Source: Minutocellus sp. GHC0000111 (Eukaryota). From it: a stretch of 64,000 bases of DNA. The notes under the pieces were generated by a model. The model searched no databases. It was not told where the DNA came from and saw only the letters and a list, made by a program, of their open reading frames with translations. Within the stretch, counting starts at the first letter, position 1; each line of letters begins with the position of its first letter. Where the stretch lies: assembly GCA_977018835.1 (NCBI GenBank), contig OZ361259.1, forward strand, positions 1,550,001 to 1,614,000, read 5' to 3'. The position numbers were made by a program, and so were the translations under genes. Shown piece after piece: positions 24,101-37,369 of this stretch.

Positions 24101-25838
24101 GAGTTGAGCATCGATCATCTGACTTGTGTCCAGTGCCACCTATCTACTTCGTGCGACGACAATGATTTGCTTCTGTGCGATGGGGCCGGTTGTTTCCGTG
24201 CTGTTCATCAGAAGTGCGTCCACCCGCACGTCGGACAGGAGGACCTGCACGAGGATGTCGACTGGTTCTGCCCGTTCTGCTCGGCCTTGGGTGAGTGGGT
24301 CCACTATGCTCAGGTAGAGTATCTGGGAGATGATTACGTTGATTATCAGCGTGAGAAGGCTCGAAGGGCCAAGGACAGGGCCAAGAGAGACCGACGTCGT
24401 AGTGGTGATGGCGGCGAGGCTGATGATGAAGAGTCCGATGCAGGCGATGATTCTCTTGCATCCTGGGAACATCCTGCAGATGTATTCCCCGAGGCCGATG
24501 AGGAGGAGAGGGTTGCCACTCGCCTTCGTCATGGCGGTAAGAGAAATGAGCGCACCGACCGGTGGCTGTGCGAGCTTCTTGGTATTCCGTACGGCGAAGA
24601 TGATGGCGCGCAAGCCACGGCCCAAGTTGGTATTGAGGATGATTATGACGAGGAGGATGATAGCGACGTCACCTCTGTCAACTCCGATGATGATTCGGAC
24701 GATGAAGGGGATGATGACGACGAGGACGCCGCCTCTACCATATCCAAGTCCGAGCTCAACGCTCTCGGACTATTCGTCTTCGGACGAGTCTTCCGATGAC
24801 GATAGCGAGGGTGAAGACGGCGACAAGATCGATAAGAAGCGACCGGGCGTACGATCCAGTAAGAGGTTGCGACGTAACCAAGAGAGAGGCCAAGTGGTCC
24901 CGGCCGGTCGTCAGGCCAAGCAGAGCAAGGCTCAGCTCAATACTGCGCTTGCGGCGCTACTTCGCCGAAGTGGATACTCGGGTTCCGGTATCGGCACCGG
25001 CACCGGTAGTGAGTCGTCATCGGAATCGGAAGATGAAGATAAGCCCGATGTTGGAACCCTTGACGAGTCCAACATTCTCGCTGGGAAGCGTCAGAGAACC
25101 AAGGTCGATTATCGCAAGCTCAACGATGCCATGTTTGGATCGGTTGACGAGGACGAGGCTGCCAAGATGTTTGGCAAAGAGGAGGACGAGTACAATTGGG
25201 CGAAGGAAATGAGCAAAAAGAGTCGAAAGCGTCGATCTTCGTCGTCGTCCAGCAGCGATAGTAGCAGTGACGAAGATAGCAGCAGCGACAAGGACGGCAG
25301 TGACAAAGAGGAGGCCAAGGGTGGAGATGAGAAGAAAAAGAGGAGTACCGCCGCGAAGCCGAGGGCCAAAGCAAAGGCCGATACCAACAAATCGTCTAAA
25401 TCGACCAGTGCAAAGGCCACACCTCAGAAGAAGGACGATGATGGGCCCAAGCGAGTGTCATCTAGGACGACGAAAGGCAAAAAGAAGCCCCCTCCGTCGC
25501 CTGCCAAGTCAAGTGCGAAAAAGTCTAGCAAGAGTGCCAGCATTGATCCCAAGACCGGCGAGCCTGCCAAGAAAAAGAGAAAGTATACCAAGCGAGCTGG
25601 CGGCTATTGGTCCAATCGATCGGGAGAAAATTCTCCAACCGCCAAATCTATGGCCAAAAAGAAACTTCTTGCCGCAGCAGCAAAAAAGGGTAGTACCGGT
25701 TCCCCGGCCCAAGATGATTCGTCTTCAGCGAAAAAGAAGCGAAAGGCAACTCCGGCCAAGACTCCAGAGTCTGCTAGTGCCGGCAGTACATCTGCTACCA
25801 GGAAGCGCAAGTATACCAAGAAGTCGGCGTCAAAGTAG
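21194..25838 (+). CDS. Double PHD-finger chromatin protein (PRH/HAT3.1-like PHD context), with frameshift near 24765
   Basis: Intron 21925-22056. Two PHD fingers (LLLCDG.GC.RA.HQ.C...W.C..C), WEHPADVFPEA and KRQRTKVDYRKLNDAMFG motifs. The acidic tract switches frame at gctctcggac (24761-24770). Confidence 0.8.
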
Positions 25839-27046
25839 TAATGGTTCTGATGTATGGAAATAGGGAGCTTCAAATAACATCTAAACTATTCTATTTTTAC
25901 ACATTCACGGGCGATTCCTTTGTAGATTTCTAGGATGTAGATATAGAGACAAGCTAGCTAGATCTCTAGATCTCTAAACTTAACGCAGGCGATCTAAGGG
26001 CATGATCAATTCATCTCATCACCACCTCTCTCTCTCGCCTCTTTCTCTCCGACGTCCAGCCAGCCACAAGCAGCCGCCAATCATGCGTGTGCCGGTATTG
26101 TGTGGCCTCTTCACACAAGCTGAGGAAGAGCCTCTTTGAGGCCTTCGGAGAATTGACAGTGCGATGCCGTCCGATCTGTCAGCAGCAAGGTCTTGAGCAT
26201 TCTTGATGACCCTTCATCTAGGCGGCTGGCTGCTTCTTGCATGATTGATGAGGAGTCGATCGAGTCAAACATGGCATAAAATGGCTTCTGGTCGTTGAAA
26301 TCGGTCTTTGAAATCGTAGAAATCGAGCAGAGGACATTCAATGACTTTCAGTGACGTGATTTCGAAAGCTTTTGAACGGGGATGTGTCAGATCTGCACGT
26401 CGCTGTGACATTCATCGTCATAAGTCCCGGACAGACCGGAAGTCACATGCGATACTTATTATTGCGCAATCGACTCGTTATCTCAGGCTCACAACAATGC
26501 CCCAACTCATTTTGCACGATTAGAAATAGACCGAGACGATAGGCGTAATATCGTTGCCTCCTGAATTGCTCCGACATTGTTCCATAACTCCACAGTCGGA
26601 CAGCAGAGATATTCCTCGAGCTCATAATTCAGACATTGATCAGACATTTCCATTGGTTTGATGGGTCTTCGTCGCTCCTTCTTCCTTTCCTGCCTCGACG
26701 TCCAATCCTTCCAAAGTCATCCTCTGCTGCCTGTCCTCGTTGATCGATTGCCGCGAGCTGTTCCACTCCAATCTCAGAAATCAGCTGTCTCGGCGCCACG
26801 ATAAATAATAATTGTCACAAAGGCCCCAGCCAGTCCAAAAACCGGACCACCTCAGTCAGACGACAGGACCGTGCCCTGCTGCCACTAAGTGCCTCCTCAA
26901 TCTATCTAAGAAACGGGAAACCCAGCAGCGCGGCAAAGAACAACGGTTGTTGTGACTGATCTCATCTGAGCTGGCTAGCACTATCGAGCACGTAAAAACA
27001 CTCGCCATAGAACGCACCACACGCTCAACCATCCGGATACACAAGA

Positions 27047-29055
27047 ATGTCTGAACAGCAGTCGTCGAAGCCTACCACCGGTGCCGCATCTCGCCGTCGC
27101 TCCTCCAAAACGAAGTCGGGATGCTTCGTCGGCGTCGTAAATCTCGACGAGCTCAATGCCACCAATGGTGCCTGCCTGCCCGAACCGCTCCGCATGGTGC
27201 AAGACGACACCGCCCTCATGCAGCATGCCCTCCCCATGCCGACCGTCGGTCATGCCAGCCGGCGGGGCAGCTACGACGAGACCCCCATGCCGCCTTTGGG
27301 CGGAGGAGGCGGTGGTGGTGTCGGCCTCGGCCCTGGCTCTGGTCGGTCATCGTCCATGCCACCAAACATGATGGGATATGCTAGCAATAATCTGATGCAA
27401 GACCAGCAGCAGGATGAGCCTCAACCGTACGGAGTTCCGTCCAACTTTCATGCAGCCTCGGCTTCATCCGACATCCCACCCCCGGCCAACCGATCGGCCA
27501 GCATGGTCATGATGGGCTCGATGCCCATGTATCACGATACTCCAAAGGAGAACGGCAAGCGACCGTCGATGACCATGTCCATGCCAGCAGTGACGTCCAT
27601 GAGCATGTCCGACGTCCGCCCATCGGCCAACAAGAAGGCCAAGAGCGACAGTAGCAAGAAGGAGGACAAGCCCACGAAGAGATGGACGTGGAAGAAGCTC
27701 AAGGATATGCCGAAGCGACCTCTTTCGGCGTATAATTTGTGAGTGATATTGTTTGGTTTATGGACGGGACTCTCGGTATGATTTAAATCTATCTAACTGG
27801 TGATCTCACTTATTTTATTCTTTTCTTTGCCCCTGATTATTACAGATTCTTCGCCACAGAGAGGAAAAGGATCGTCGCCGAGCACGAGGCTGCCATATCT
27901 TACGAGCCTGATATGCGACCCCTACCCTCATTGGAAGAACCCTCGTCGGTCATCGTCGCCACCCCCACCACCGCCGATGGCAAGAAGCGCATCCACCGTC
28001 GCACTCATGGCAAGATTTCCTTTTCGGATCTGGCCCGTACCATCGCCGACCGATGGAAGGTCCTGGATGACACCGCCCGAGAACCCTACTCGGCCGAGGC
28101 GGCCAAGGACAAGACCCGTTACGATCGGGAGATGGTCATCTACAACATGAAGAAGGACCTCGAGAAGAAGAAGGCCGAGCAGAAGAGGTTGGAGGAGATT
28201 ATTGCCGCTGCCAAGACCAAAGAAGATGAAACGGATGAGTCTACTAAAGTTGAGGAGGAGAAGGAGGAGAAAGTCCCGGCTGTGGAGGCTCCCCCCAAGA
28301 TCGAGGTGGTTCAAGAACAGCCACCTGTGGCGCATCCGACACAACCGGCACAGACACTTCCTTCTCAAGGTTCACATGTGAACCTCAATAACTTCAACCC
28401 CTTCCCTCGCATCAATTCCTTTGGTATCCTCTCCATCGGTCAACTTCTGGACGATGACCTTGGCTTTGGCAATGATGATCTCGTCGCCTCATTCAATAAT
28501 AGCCACAACTTCGATACTACTGGTGATGCTACCGCCCTTGCCCAGGCGGCCATGGCCCAAGCCTCATCGGCCATGCAGATGGGGCAGGTGCCAAACCAAC
28601 GGCCGCCTCTACCCCCTGTTCCTCAACAACAGCAACAAGTTCAACCCCAGCCTGCTACCCACCGTCCACCATCGAGGTCACTTGACATGCTCCTCGAGGG
28701 TACCAGCGAAGATCGTGATATTCTAGCAGTGGGCAACAATAGCTTCTCTTCCACCCACTCCGATCACAGCAGAACCAAGAAGGTCAACAAGAATGGTGCT
28801 TCGCACATCGGCGAGGTCAGCTTGCCAACGCCCAACGTACCCCTCCTGCATTCTGCCGCCTCGAACAGCAGCGGTGGAAGCGGTGGCGAGGATGGTGCCT
28901 ACTCTGATGCCCAGCTTATCCAAGACATTATGGCAAGCATTGATGCCGATGAGCGGTATGGGATCGGTAGAGGTGATGGCGCCCCGGCCATCCCTAGCTC
29001 GCTCGGTGGTGCAGGCGACTTGGTTGGTAACTTTGTACGAGGGTCGGCGGCCTGA
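27047..29055 (+). CDS. HMG-box transcription factor
   Basis: PKRPLSAYNL/FFATERKRI joined by intron 27739-27845; HRRTHGKISFSDLARTIADRWKVL...AAKDKTRYDREM. Intact. Confidence 0.9.
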
Positions 29056-29123
29056 TTGGCATGTTCAATACATGTATCCGTTAGATTATAATTTAGAGCC
29101 CAAAGTTTTGTTCATGCTTTTGC

Positions 29124-30676
29124 TCAAAGTTCGGTTTTGAAGGCAACTTGATTGCAACGGAAGGCTTTGCGGAGGAGTACGACTTCCTTACACTCACCAC
29201 GGTGCCCATCCTCGGATCGATCCCAGTGCATCTTTTGGCAGGCTCGGCTACAGTAGCAGTACGCTTTGCAGCCTTTGCACAGCTTGCGATTCTGAGAGCT
29301 CAGAGCGATCCCACACGTCAAACATTGCTTACGAAGCCGGCCTGGAAAGCTTTGCCGAATGAAAAGCCAGAGTCTTGTTGAAGGTAGCATGGTCAGAAAG
29401 AGATTGCCAATACTTATTACCAAAGGCGGGCTGCTAATGAGAAAGCGCCAGAACCTTTCTTCCGCCAGGAGGTCCAGGGCTCTACAGCAGAGTACCATCA
29501 CCTGAATTTAGTACATGTGCCCACGCAATGCAAGTGGACGGGCGAGTGCGAGGGCCGTGCTCGGTTCTGATAAATGATACGTATAAGCAAGATCGTATCT
29601 AGCGTGATCCGAGCCCCGTTCAGCTAGCGGTTGTAAGATCGAAAATGCTTCTTCGTGCTTCATATCTTCGACAAAGTCATTAGCAACCTGACCGAGAACA
29701 ATGCTGGCAATACGTGAAATCCTAGGATCAAATTCCATCGCTTTCAGCGCATATTGCTTTGCCTTTTCAAGATCACGAACACACCCTTGGCCAAGCCGAT
29801 AAAGCTCAGAAATACAAAGGGTAGAACGGGGATGACCTTTGGCAGAAGCCTTCCGATACCACCTCATGGCATCATAATGCGACTGATGTACCCTGTCACC
29901 ATCATCGTATTCGACTCCCAGAGAATTCTGTGCCCACGGCATTCCTCGCTTTGCTTGCTTTTTAAAAATCCCAATGCCAGTGATACCTGGCGTGTTGCAG
30001 AGACGACACTTGTCGGCCAGCTGGTCGTACACCGCAGGATCGTCAATGCAAGATGGACAGAGTGTTTTTCCGCAACAAACGTGCAGGACGCTATTATTTT
30101 CCATCGTTCCATAAAGGACTGTCGCATGGCAATGAGCGCATGAGTAGGTGTCGTCGTTCGTATTGAGGACTCCCTTGAGAGAGGGGATTGAATGATCTTC
30201 GCGAAGAAGGTCATCAAATGACCAAATGTCCTCATTGTAACCTCCGTCGGCGTCTGCGGCCATGGTCGAAACAGCGAGCTTGGTACTTTTGATGCGCTCG
30301 AAAAGTGTTGCCAAAAAGGGCATATCAATATCATTGAACCAGAGAAAATGGCCAGGGCCAAAGCAATCCGCATATCCCGCTCATAATTGACAAAGTCAGC
30401 AAAGTGCAACTGCCACATCATGCGCACGAGGTCGGGAGGTACCATTTGTTGCGTCCGCTCGTCATCCTGCTGGATCTTGAGACGACCGAACCGCACATAC
30501 TCGACCAAAACACGCTGGGCGAGTGCTTTTTCCCAACCGAAGGATTTCATGCATTGGTCGACGAGGTGCTTGGATTTGGAGGAATGTGTCCAATTGCTGA
30601 AAGGACTGGTTGTAGGTGCGGGCACCTTGCCGTCATTTTTGGCGCTCATGGCCGAGGCCGAGGCATGAGAATTCAT
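29124..30676 (-). pseudogene. GRDP/DUF1399-like + RING-like + SEL1 + MYND gene, disrupted
   Basis: W..ALAQRVLVEYVRF...PPDLVRMMWQLH domain, frameshift at ~30335-30365, CAHC..CCGKTLCPSC..CRLC, SEL1 repeats, in-frame TAA at 29508-29510, then [27 protein letters not shown]...HRGEC. Confidence 0.8.
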
Positions 30677-31038
30677 GCTTGTGCTTGTGCTGCGCTGCCC
30701 GGCTTTTCTTGGTTGGGTGCAAAACAAAATATGCACGTTCTTCTTTTAGCTACGTGTCGAATTGTATGAGTATTTCGTTATAATTCTGTACCAAACTGAA
30801 CTGCTCGTCGCTTTTACCGAGAGGAACTGGAACAAGCGGAGGGGCGTATCTTCAAAGCAATGAAGCACGCACATCTCTTGCCTTTTGCCAGTTTGAGGAC
30901 GGGACCAAAGCATGGAATCACAAGTCGAGCGAGTCCAGAATAGAGCCCCCCGCTTTCTTTTCTCATTTTCACGCAAAGAGGTGAGGAGAAGATGGTGGAA
31001 GGCGGGCGCCAGGAGCGGAAGGAGAGAGCGGGGATGAT

Positions 31039-31320
31039 ATGGTGATGGATACGCTTCCGTCAATTGAGTTCTTTAGCAGAGTGGGTGCTGGTGGCGTTCG
31101 TCGGCGGACGTTCATATTCAGAACCAGCACATTCACTCCGTTCTTCCTGCTTATCGGCCGGAGAGTGGCTCTGCATCTGACGCAGATGTCATGCCGGCAG
31201 GCGTACACGAGCCAATGGAAGTTTCTTATTAGAGGCATGGAGCTCAACAATGACACGGAGATTCTTGTACCACCGCAGATATTCCGTTGCATGGGCTGAT
31301 CATGTCATGCGTCGGCCGTC
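31039..31320 (+). pseudogene. Possible remnant of a second GRDP/DUF1399-like gene
   Basis: RQAYTSQWKFL...ILVPP followed in a shifted frame by VAWADHVM resembles the PPxDxxxxWxxH motif. Short and broken. Confidence 0.25.
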
Positions 31321-31576
31321 AAAGGCAGGAGAGGGATTTCGACTTGGCATTTGGACGGCTTTCGACACATGCATATCTCTTGTGCTCATTTTTTCGTCAT
31401 CTCACTTTTTTCATACTAGTGTCACTTTCCCGCTCCGCCGCGCCAACTTGTTTCAAAATCGCCCCTTGCCCCTCAATCGATAGACACCGTCGCATCTCCT
31501 CCAGCTACCAAAAGCAGAACAAACTACGTAGCTAGACGTGCTCCCAATCTGTACATATCTGCGATAAACCAAAATC

Positions 31577-33154
31577 ATGAGCAGCAGCAGTACCAACGAT
31601 GCCTCCGGTCCCCAGAGGCTCAATCTGACCATCCGCCTGACGTCCGGGCGCAAGTTCCAGCCCAACGCCCCGCCCGCCGGCATCACCACGTCGACCACCG
31701 TGGCCGTATTCAAGAGCTTGATTGCCGCCACCATGATCAAGCGCAGTCGCGACGCTACCAGCGGTAATGCTAGCGCAGGTGACGACGCGGTACCGATGGA
31801 GCCCATCCCGGCGGCCCGCCAGCGCCTCGTGTACAAGGGTAGAATTCTGTCCGAGGGAACCAAGACACTGGGAGAGTACGGCGTCGAGGACGGGGGGATG
31901 ATTTATCTGGTCAAGGGGAGCGCACCCGCCGGCGGTGGTAACGAGGGTGGTAGCAGTGGTGCCGCTACTGCAGCAGCTGGTAGCGCTGGCGCCACGGTTG
32001 ATCCGTCCCCCATGGCGCGGCTGGAGGCTGCCAATGCCGCCTCGGCTTCGGCTTCTTCAGGGGCCAATGCCGCAGCACCAATGTTCAACCCGTTCGCTCC
32101 ACCCGCCGGCGCTGGTTCCGGTACCGGGCAGCAGGATCCCTTCGCCTCCCTCATGCAGATGCAGTCCATGTTCGGCGGTGGTGCCGGTGGCGCAGGAGCC
32201 AACGGTGGCATGCCCGACCTGAACCAGATGCAGGACCAGCTCCGCCAAAACCCCGAACTCATGTCGCAAATGATGAACAACCCCCTGGTCCAATCCCTCA
32301 TGGACAACCCCCAGTTCATGTCCAACATGATGGAATCCAATCCCGAAATGCGCGCGTTGATGGATTCCAACCCCGAACTGCGCAACATGCTGCAGGATCC
32401 GGAGGTGATGCGGCGATCGATGCAAATGATGCGCGATCCCGGCGCCATGCAGAACATGATGCGGCAGCAGGACATTGCCATGCAGAACATAGAGAATATG
32501 CCGGGAGGATTCGATGCGCTAAGGAGGATGTACCACGACGTGCAGGAGCCGATGATGGACGCCATGAGTGGTGGTGGGCAGGAGGGTGGGGGTAGTGGGA
32601 GTGATAGTGGGAGTGGGAGTGCCAATGCGCGGAGAGATGGGGGCGTGAGTGGCGCGGCGGGTGCGGCCATGCCCAACCCTTGGGGCAGCAGTAGCAGTAC
32701 GACGGCGCCGGCTCCGGCTTCGGCTGGCACTGCCAACGGTGCCGGTGTTGGTGCCAATACCTCTGCTCCGTTCAATCCGTGGGCTTCCGGAGTGTCCGGT
32801 GCCGGTACCGGATCGGCCGGTGGTGCCGGTGCCAATCCGTGGGCCGCTGGATCATCAACCGTCGGAGCTGGGGCTGGTGCCAACCCATGGACTTCAATGG
32901 GAGCTGCCGGTGGCGGAGGTATGGGTTTTGACGACGATGCCACCAACATTCGTGTTTTGGAGCAGAATCATGGCAATGTCAACCGCGCCATTGACTTTTT
33001 GTTGTCGCAACCCATGCCAGCTCCGGCGCCTGCACCTACAGCTCCGGCTGCTAGATCTACTACGGAAAGCTCGAATGGAGGAGATGGAGGAGGATCCACC
33101 GATGCCAATGACGAAGGAGGAGAGAAGGGGGAAGAGGCCAAGAAGAATGATTGA
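31577..33154 (+). CDS. UBQLN: Ubiquilin/Dsk2-like (UBL-STI1-UBA); UBA N-terminal helix apparently deleted
   Basis: UBL QRLVYKGRIL..KTLGEYGV; Met/Asn/Pro STI1 repeats; NPW motifs; UBA MGF...NIRVL...GNVNRAIDFLL. Confidence 0.85.
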   Translation: MSSSSTNDASGPQRLNLTIRLTSGRKFQPNAPPAGITTSTTVAVFKSLIAATMIKRSRDATSGNASAGDDAVPMEPIPAARQRLVYKGRILSEGTKTLGEYGVEDGGMIYLVKGSAPAGGGNEGGSSGAATAAAGSAGATVDPSPMARLEAANAASASASSGANAAAPMFNPFAPPAGAGSGTGQQDPFASLMQMQSMFGGGAGGAGANGGMPDLNQMQDQLRQNPELMSQMMNNPLVQSLMDNPQFMSNMMESNPEMRALMDSNPELRNMLQDPEVMRRSMQMMRDPGAMQNMMRQQDIAMQNIENMPGGFDALRRMYHDVQEPMMDAMSGGGQEGGGSGSDSGSGSANARRDGGVSGAAGAAMPNPWGSSSSTTAPAPASAGTANGAGVGANTSAPFNPWASGVSGAGTGSAGGAGANPWAAGSSTVGAGAGANPWTSMGAAGGGGMGFDDDATNIRVLEQNHGNVNRAIDFLLSQPMPAPAPAPTAPAARSTTESSNGGDGGGSTDANDEGGEKGEEAKKND

Positions 33155-33548
33155 TGAGCTGTTTGCTGGCTGCTTTCAAACGTAGGATACCGGTAAATTC
33201 TACACGTAGAGTTTCGTGCAACTGCATCCATACCTTTATATAGCATCAGCGGTCCATATGTATGTGTGTGTCTAGATCTACACGTACACGTACTCCTTGC
33301 CCGGCCACCTCACCACTCACCAGAAACAGCACAGTTCGAGTCAAGCAAACTTCGCCGAGAACAGAGTGCCTGTATCAAGGTTCGCAGACGTGAAAAGACT
33401 TCAGCCCCACTGTTTGACTGCCACACTGCGTGCAGTTTTGGATCTTTTAGATCTGTGACACTTCTGCCCCGCCATTATTTGTTGTGCACGTCCTCGTTGT
33501 GCACGTCGACGTCCTTCCACTTTTCACTGCCCTACAGAACATCCAAAC

Positions 33549-36083
33549 ATGCCCGGCGTCACCGAAGACAAGCTCTCCAACGAGGACGAGAGCGCCATCG
33601 CCGCCGCCTTTGGCGCGTCGAGCGCGGCCGTCAAGAAGTCCAGCGCCGGCGGTGGATTCGCCATCGTCGAGACCGTGCGGACCAAATCCAAGAATGATCC
33701 CAAGACGATTCTCCATCCCTTTGCCGTATCGTTTCCAGATGGGCAGGTGACTGCTATTCTGGGCCCGAGTGGTTTGGGCAAAACCACGTTCCTTGATTTT
33801 CTCACCGAGGCGTTGGGTGGTGGGCTGCACGTTGCCGGTAGCATCAACCTGCCAGGGGCGACAGCTTATGTGCCTCAAGATGGTAAGTAGATATGCGGCA
33901 TATATAATTGCACAACACGCAATCCACTATGGTGATGCTCAATTCTTACCTTCATTCCTTCCATCTCTCATGTCACATAGACCGCCTCCATGGATTCTTC
34001 ACCCCCAAAACCTACATGGAGCACTACTGCCGCCTCTCCGGCCTCAAGGACGAGCAGGCCGCCAAGAGCGTCACCTCGAATTCCGGCAAGTCCGACGAGG
34101 AATGCGGCCGTCAGGAGCACATTGACGAGATTTTTGATGGCCTTGGACTCACTTCTCACAAAGACACGATTGTAGGCGACGTCTTCCTCAAGGGACTGAG
34201 CGGTGGGCAGAAGAGACGTCTGAGCGTCGCCCTCGGAGCACTTTCAAGTCCGAAAAACTTCTTCCTTGATGAGCCCACCAGGTGAGTTATGATATGGTAT
34301 AAAGGAAGGGTTTGTCATTTGTTGAACTTATACCCCCGATAGTCATAGCAAAACTTACCTCCCAGTATCAATGCCACCATTGTGCTATTGAGTAATTTAT
34401 CTCATTTGCTTGATATCTATATAATATGATCTGACTGCTGAAAAACTTCTTCGTATCGTGCCTGAAACCCGTCCTATTCTCGTCAATTTTCTTTACACTT
34501 TATATAGTGGCTTGGACTCGGAAAGCGCATATCAGCTGATGAAATTTCTCAAGAAGTATGTGAATGAAGCCAAGGGTAGGCGTGTGATTCTTACCATCCA
34601 TCAGCCCTCCTCCATCATTTGGAGCCTCATTGACAATGTGGTCCTGCTGTCCAAGGGCCATCTCGTCTATCAGGGTCCACGCCAAAACATCGATGAGTTC
34701 TTCTCACACTGCCAGCACCCTACGCCACCCAACTTTAACCCCGCCGACCATTACGTATCCGCCATTAATGACGACTTTTGTCTTCACACCAAAGACCCCG
34801 AAGCTTGGGCCGCCGACTTTGATGCCTGGAGCCGTGGCCGTCCAAAGGAGTCCTGGGTCAAGGAGGCCATCGAGGACATCAAGGTGGCGATCAAGAACAT
34901 TGACGATGATAAGGTGGCTCGTCTTGAGCATGGAGGACGTCGTCGCTCGTCGGTGGTCAAGCTCAAGAAGGAAATTGAAACGTCGCGCTCGGGAGGATTG
35001 ACCACCCTGGTCGAGCTTATCCGTCGGTACCTCACGAACTTGTTCTTCAACCCGGGAATTCTTGGCACCCGCATCGCCATGTATGTTATGCTTGCCGTCG
35101 TCATCGGTGCGCTTTTCTGGAATCTCGGATACAGTACCACGTACTCGTCGATTCAAAGCCGCATCGCGCTTCTGTTCTACTGTGTGGCATTCTTTGTTTT
35201 CATGTCTGTTGCGGTCCTCCCATTTACGGTAATTGAACGCGCTATCGTGAATATGGAAGTCAAGAATGGATACTACCACCCGGCACTGTATCATGCCGCC
35301 CAGGCGCTTGCCTCGCTCCCCGGAACGCATTCCTCACCACCCTCATCATTATTACAATGACCAAGCTCAACGCTCCGTACTGGTATTTCCTCAACATGTT
35401 CTTGGCTCTGAATTGTGCAGAAGCGCTGGCTCAGTTGGTTTCGCATGTGGTACCTCATTTTATTATTGGCATGGCCGGTGTTGCTGCTGTAAGTGAACAG
35501 ATACCTCGGCGATACATCTTCTTCTGTTCTTGGAATTCGTGAAAAGTGAGGACTAACTTTCACCCTCTTGTTTGTTGTCGCTACTCTCGCCTTCTTGCAG
35601 CTCTATGGCCTTTTTATGTTGCTGCAAGGGTTTATGATAATCCCATCCGACTTCCCGAACTGGCTGGCTTGGGCCTATTATACCGCCTTCCATACCCACT
35701 CGTGGAGGACCTTCATGTTCAACGAGTTCAACGGTCAAGACTTTCCTGATGCTGCCGAATATGGATTCGCCACAGGCGCCGACGTTCTTGCCCTATATGA
35801 AATCGAGGATGTCAACCCCAGGAACGACATGATTGTCTTTATTGGTTACGCCGCTATCATCCACATGCTATCCTTTGGCTGGCTGCACTTCAAGTGGATC
35901 ATGCAAAAGCGTGTTATGGTCGAGCCCGAAACGCCTGCCACAAGTGCGGAAGTTGCTGAGCGAAAGCCTTCTACTGCTGATGTTGTTGCTGACAAGGAGG
36001 GCGGAGTTGAGGTGGTCAACTTCCGTGCGTCCGCTCTGAAGAGATTTGACATGTCGTTCGAGACGAGTTTCCAGAACCTTTAG
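33549..36083 (+). CDS. ABCG (White-family) half transporter, 4 exons, with frameshift near 35327
   Basis: Walker A GPSGLGKTT, LSGGQKRRLS, LDEPTSGLDS, TIHQPS, NPAD. Introns 33883-33980, 34282-34507 and 35489-35600. The TM domain switches frame at cggaacgcat (35321-35330). Confidence 0.85.
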
Positions 36084-36297
36084 ACTTCAGTTCCCATGCG
36101 TACCTTTCAATACTATATTCCATTAGATGTTCACTTCATGATTTAGAGTTTTACGTATGTCTCTAGCTGGGGCCGACCCCAGCGACGAGACTCGTGTTTA
36201 ACCAAGTGGATCTAATGCCACTGGCTCTCTACGCAAACAAAGCCCGGCAAGGGTTGCAATACACGTAAATTAGTTAGGCGTTCAGCATTTAGCTAGT

Positions 36298-37369
36298 TCA
36301 ACGCTTGTTCTTACCAAGTGCACGCTTGCCCTTGACACTTCGTCTCCGCTGAACCTCCTCGGTCGTCGGGAGCTGACTCAGTTGGTCAAACGCAAGTCCA
36401 CCCACCGCCACGGTCTTGACACCCCACAACAAAGGACTTTGTCCGCGTTCTCCGGCCTTGAACGTTGCCAATATTGCCATGACGACATTGACGGCATAAA
36501 TCGTCCCCAGTCCACCCTGCAAACAATCTCTCAGCGGCGTCGGAAGGTTGGTCAACGGAAAGCCGGGGTATTCTACGAATGCCATGAGCATAATAGCCAA
36601 CGAGCCAATGAAGTGACCGACTTGGAGAGGCCCAGACCAAATACCCAAAAACGGCTTGGCCTTCTCTCCGAGCAATGCACTGACGGTACCGTACTCCTCT
36701 TCCTCAAAAAGCGTTTCGTCAGCGTCGGCAAAGGGCTGAGCCTCGAGCAAATTCTTCATCGCCTCAATGTCCTTGCGATTCACTTTTGGCTTAAACTCCT
36801 CCTTTGCCGCCTCGATTTCGACCTCCTCCTCGCGTTCTCGGCGGCGGGCACGGGCCTCACGGATGTCGGGCAGAGGCAGAGAGGAGGCCTCCTCGTCGTC
36901 CTCTACAAAGCCTTTTTCAAGTGTGAGGTGAAATGAGGTGAGAAACATTTTTGTGCTTTCTCTGGCAACTTTGGAGATCTTAACCAGGTACCAGACAGCA
37001 ACAATACAACTCACCAACAAACCCATCGGCACCGAGATCGAACGCCATCTCGGCCGCCTTGAGCTCGGCCGCGGCGTCCAGCTTGGCCGGTGCCGCTGCT
37101 GTTGCGCCTTCGGCCTTCTCCGCCGAAGCGGGTGCCGCCGGTGCAGACGCCGAAGCTCCAGACGCATCGGGCGCCACCTTGCGCTTCCTGCGGCGCCTTT
37201 TCTGCGCATTCAATGCGGTCGCAGAGTAAATCGATTGGACATTGTGGGCAGCCAAAGAGGGAGAAGCGGGGACAAAGGCCTCGCAGGGGATGGTTGAAGT
37301 TGAGGAGAGGGCGACGGCGAGGGCGCACAGAAGGACGCACGAGGATACGGACGGTGCTGGTCGGGTCAT
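36298..37369 (-). CDS. Probable plastid-targeted membrane protein of unknown function
   Basis: Signal peptide + CEA-FVP motif; intron 36912-37014 restores the frame; C-terminal TM segments. Confidence 0.7.

Noticed and set aside
26111..26625. Short minus-strand ORFs that look vaguely coding
   Set aside because: No family motif or splice model could be supported.
24761..35330. Programmed ribosomal frameshifting at the PHD and ABCG frameshifts
   Set aside because: No slippery heptamer or obvious stimulatory structure is present; simple deletions fit better.
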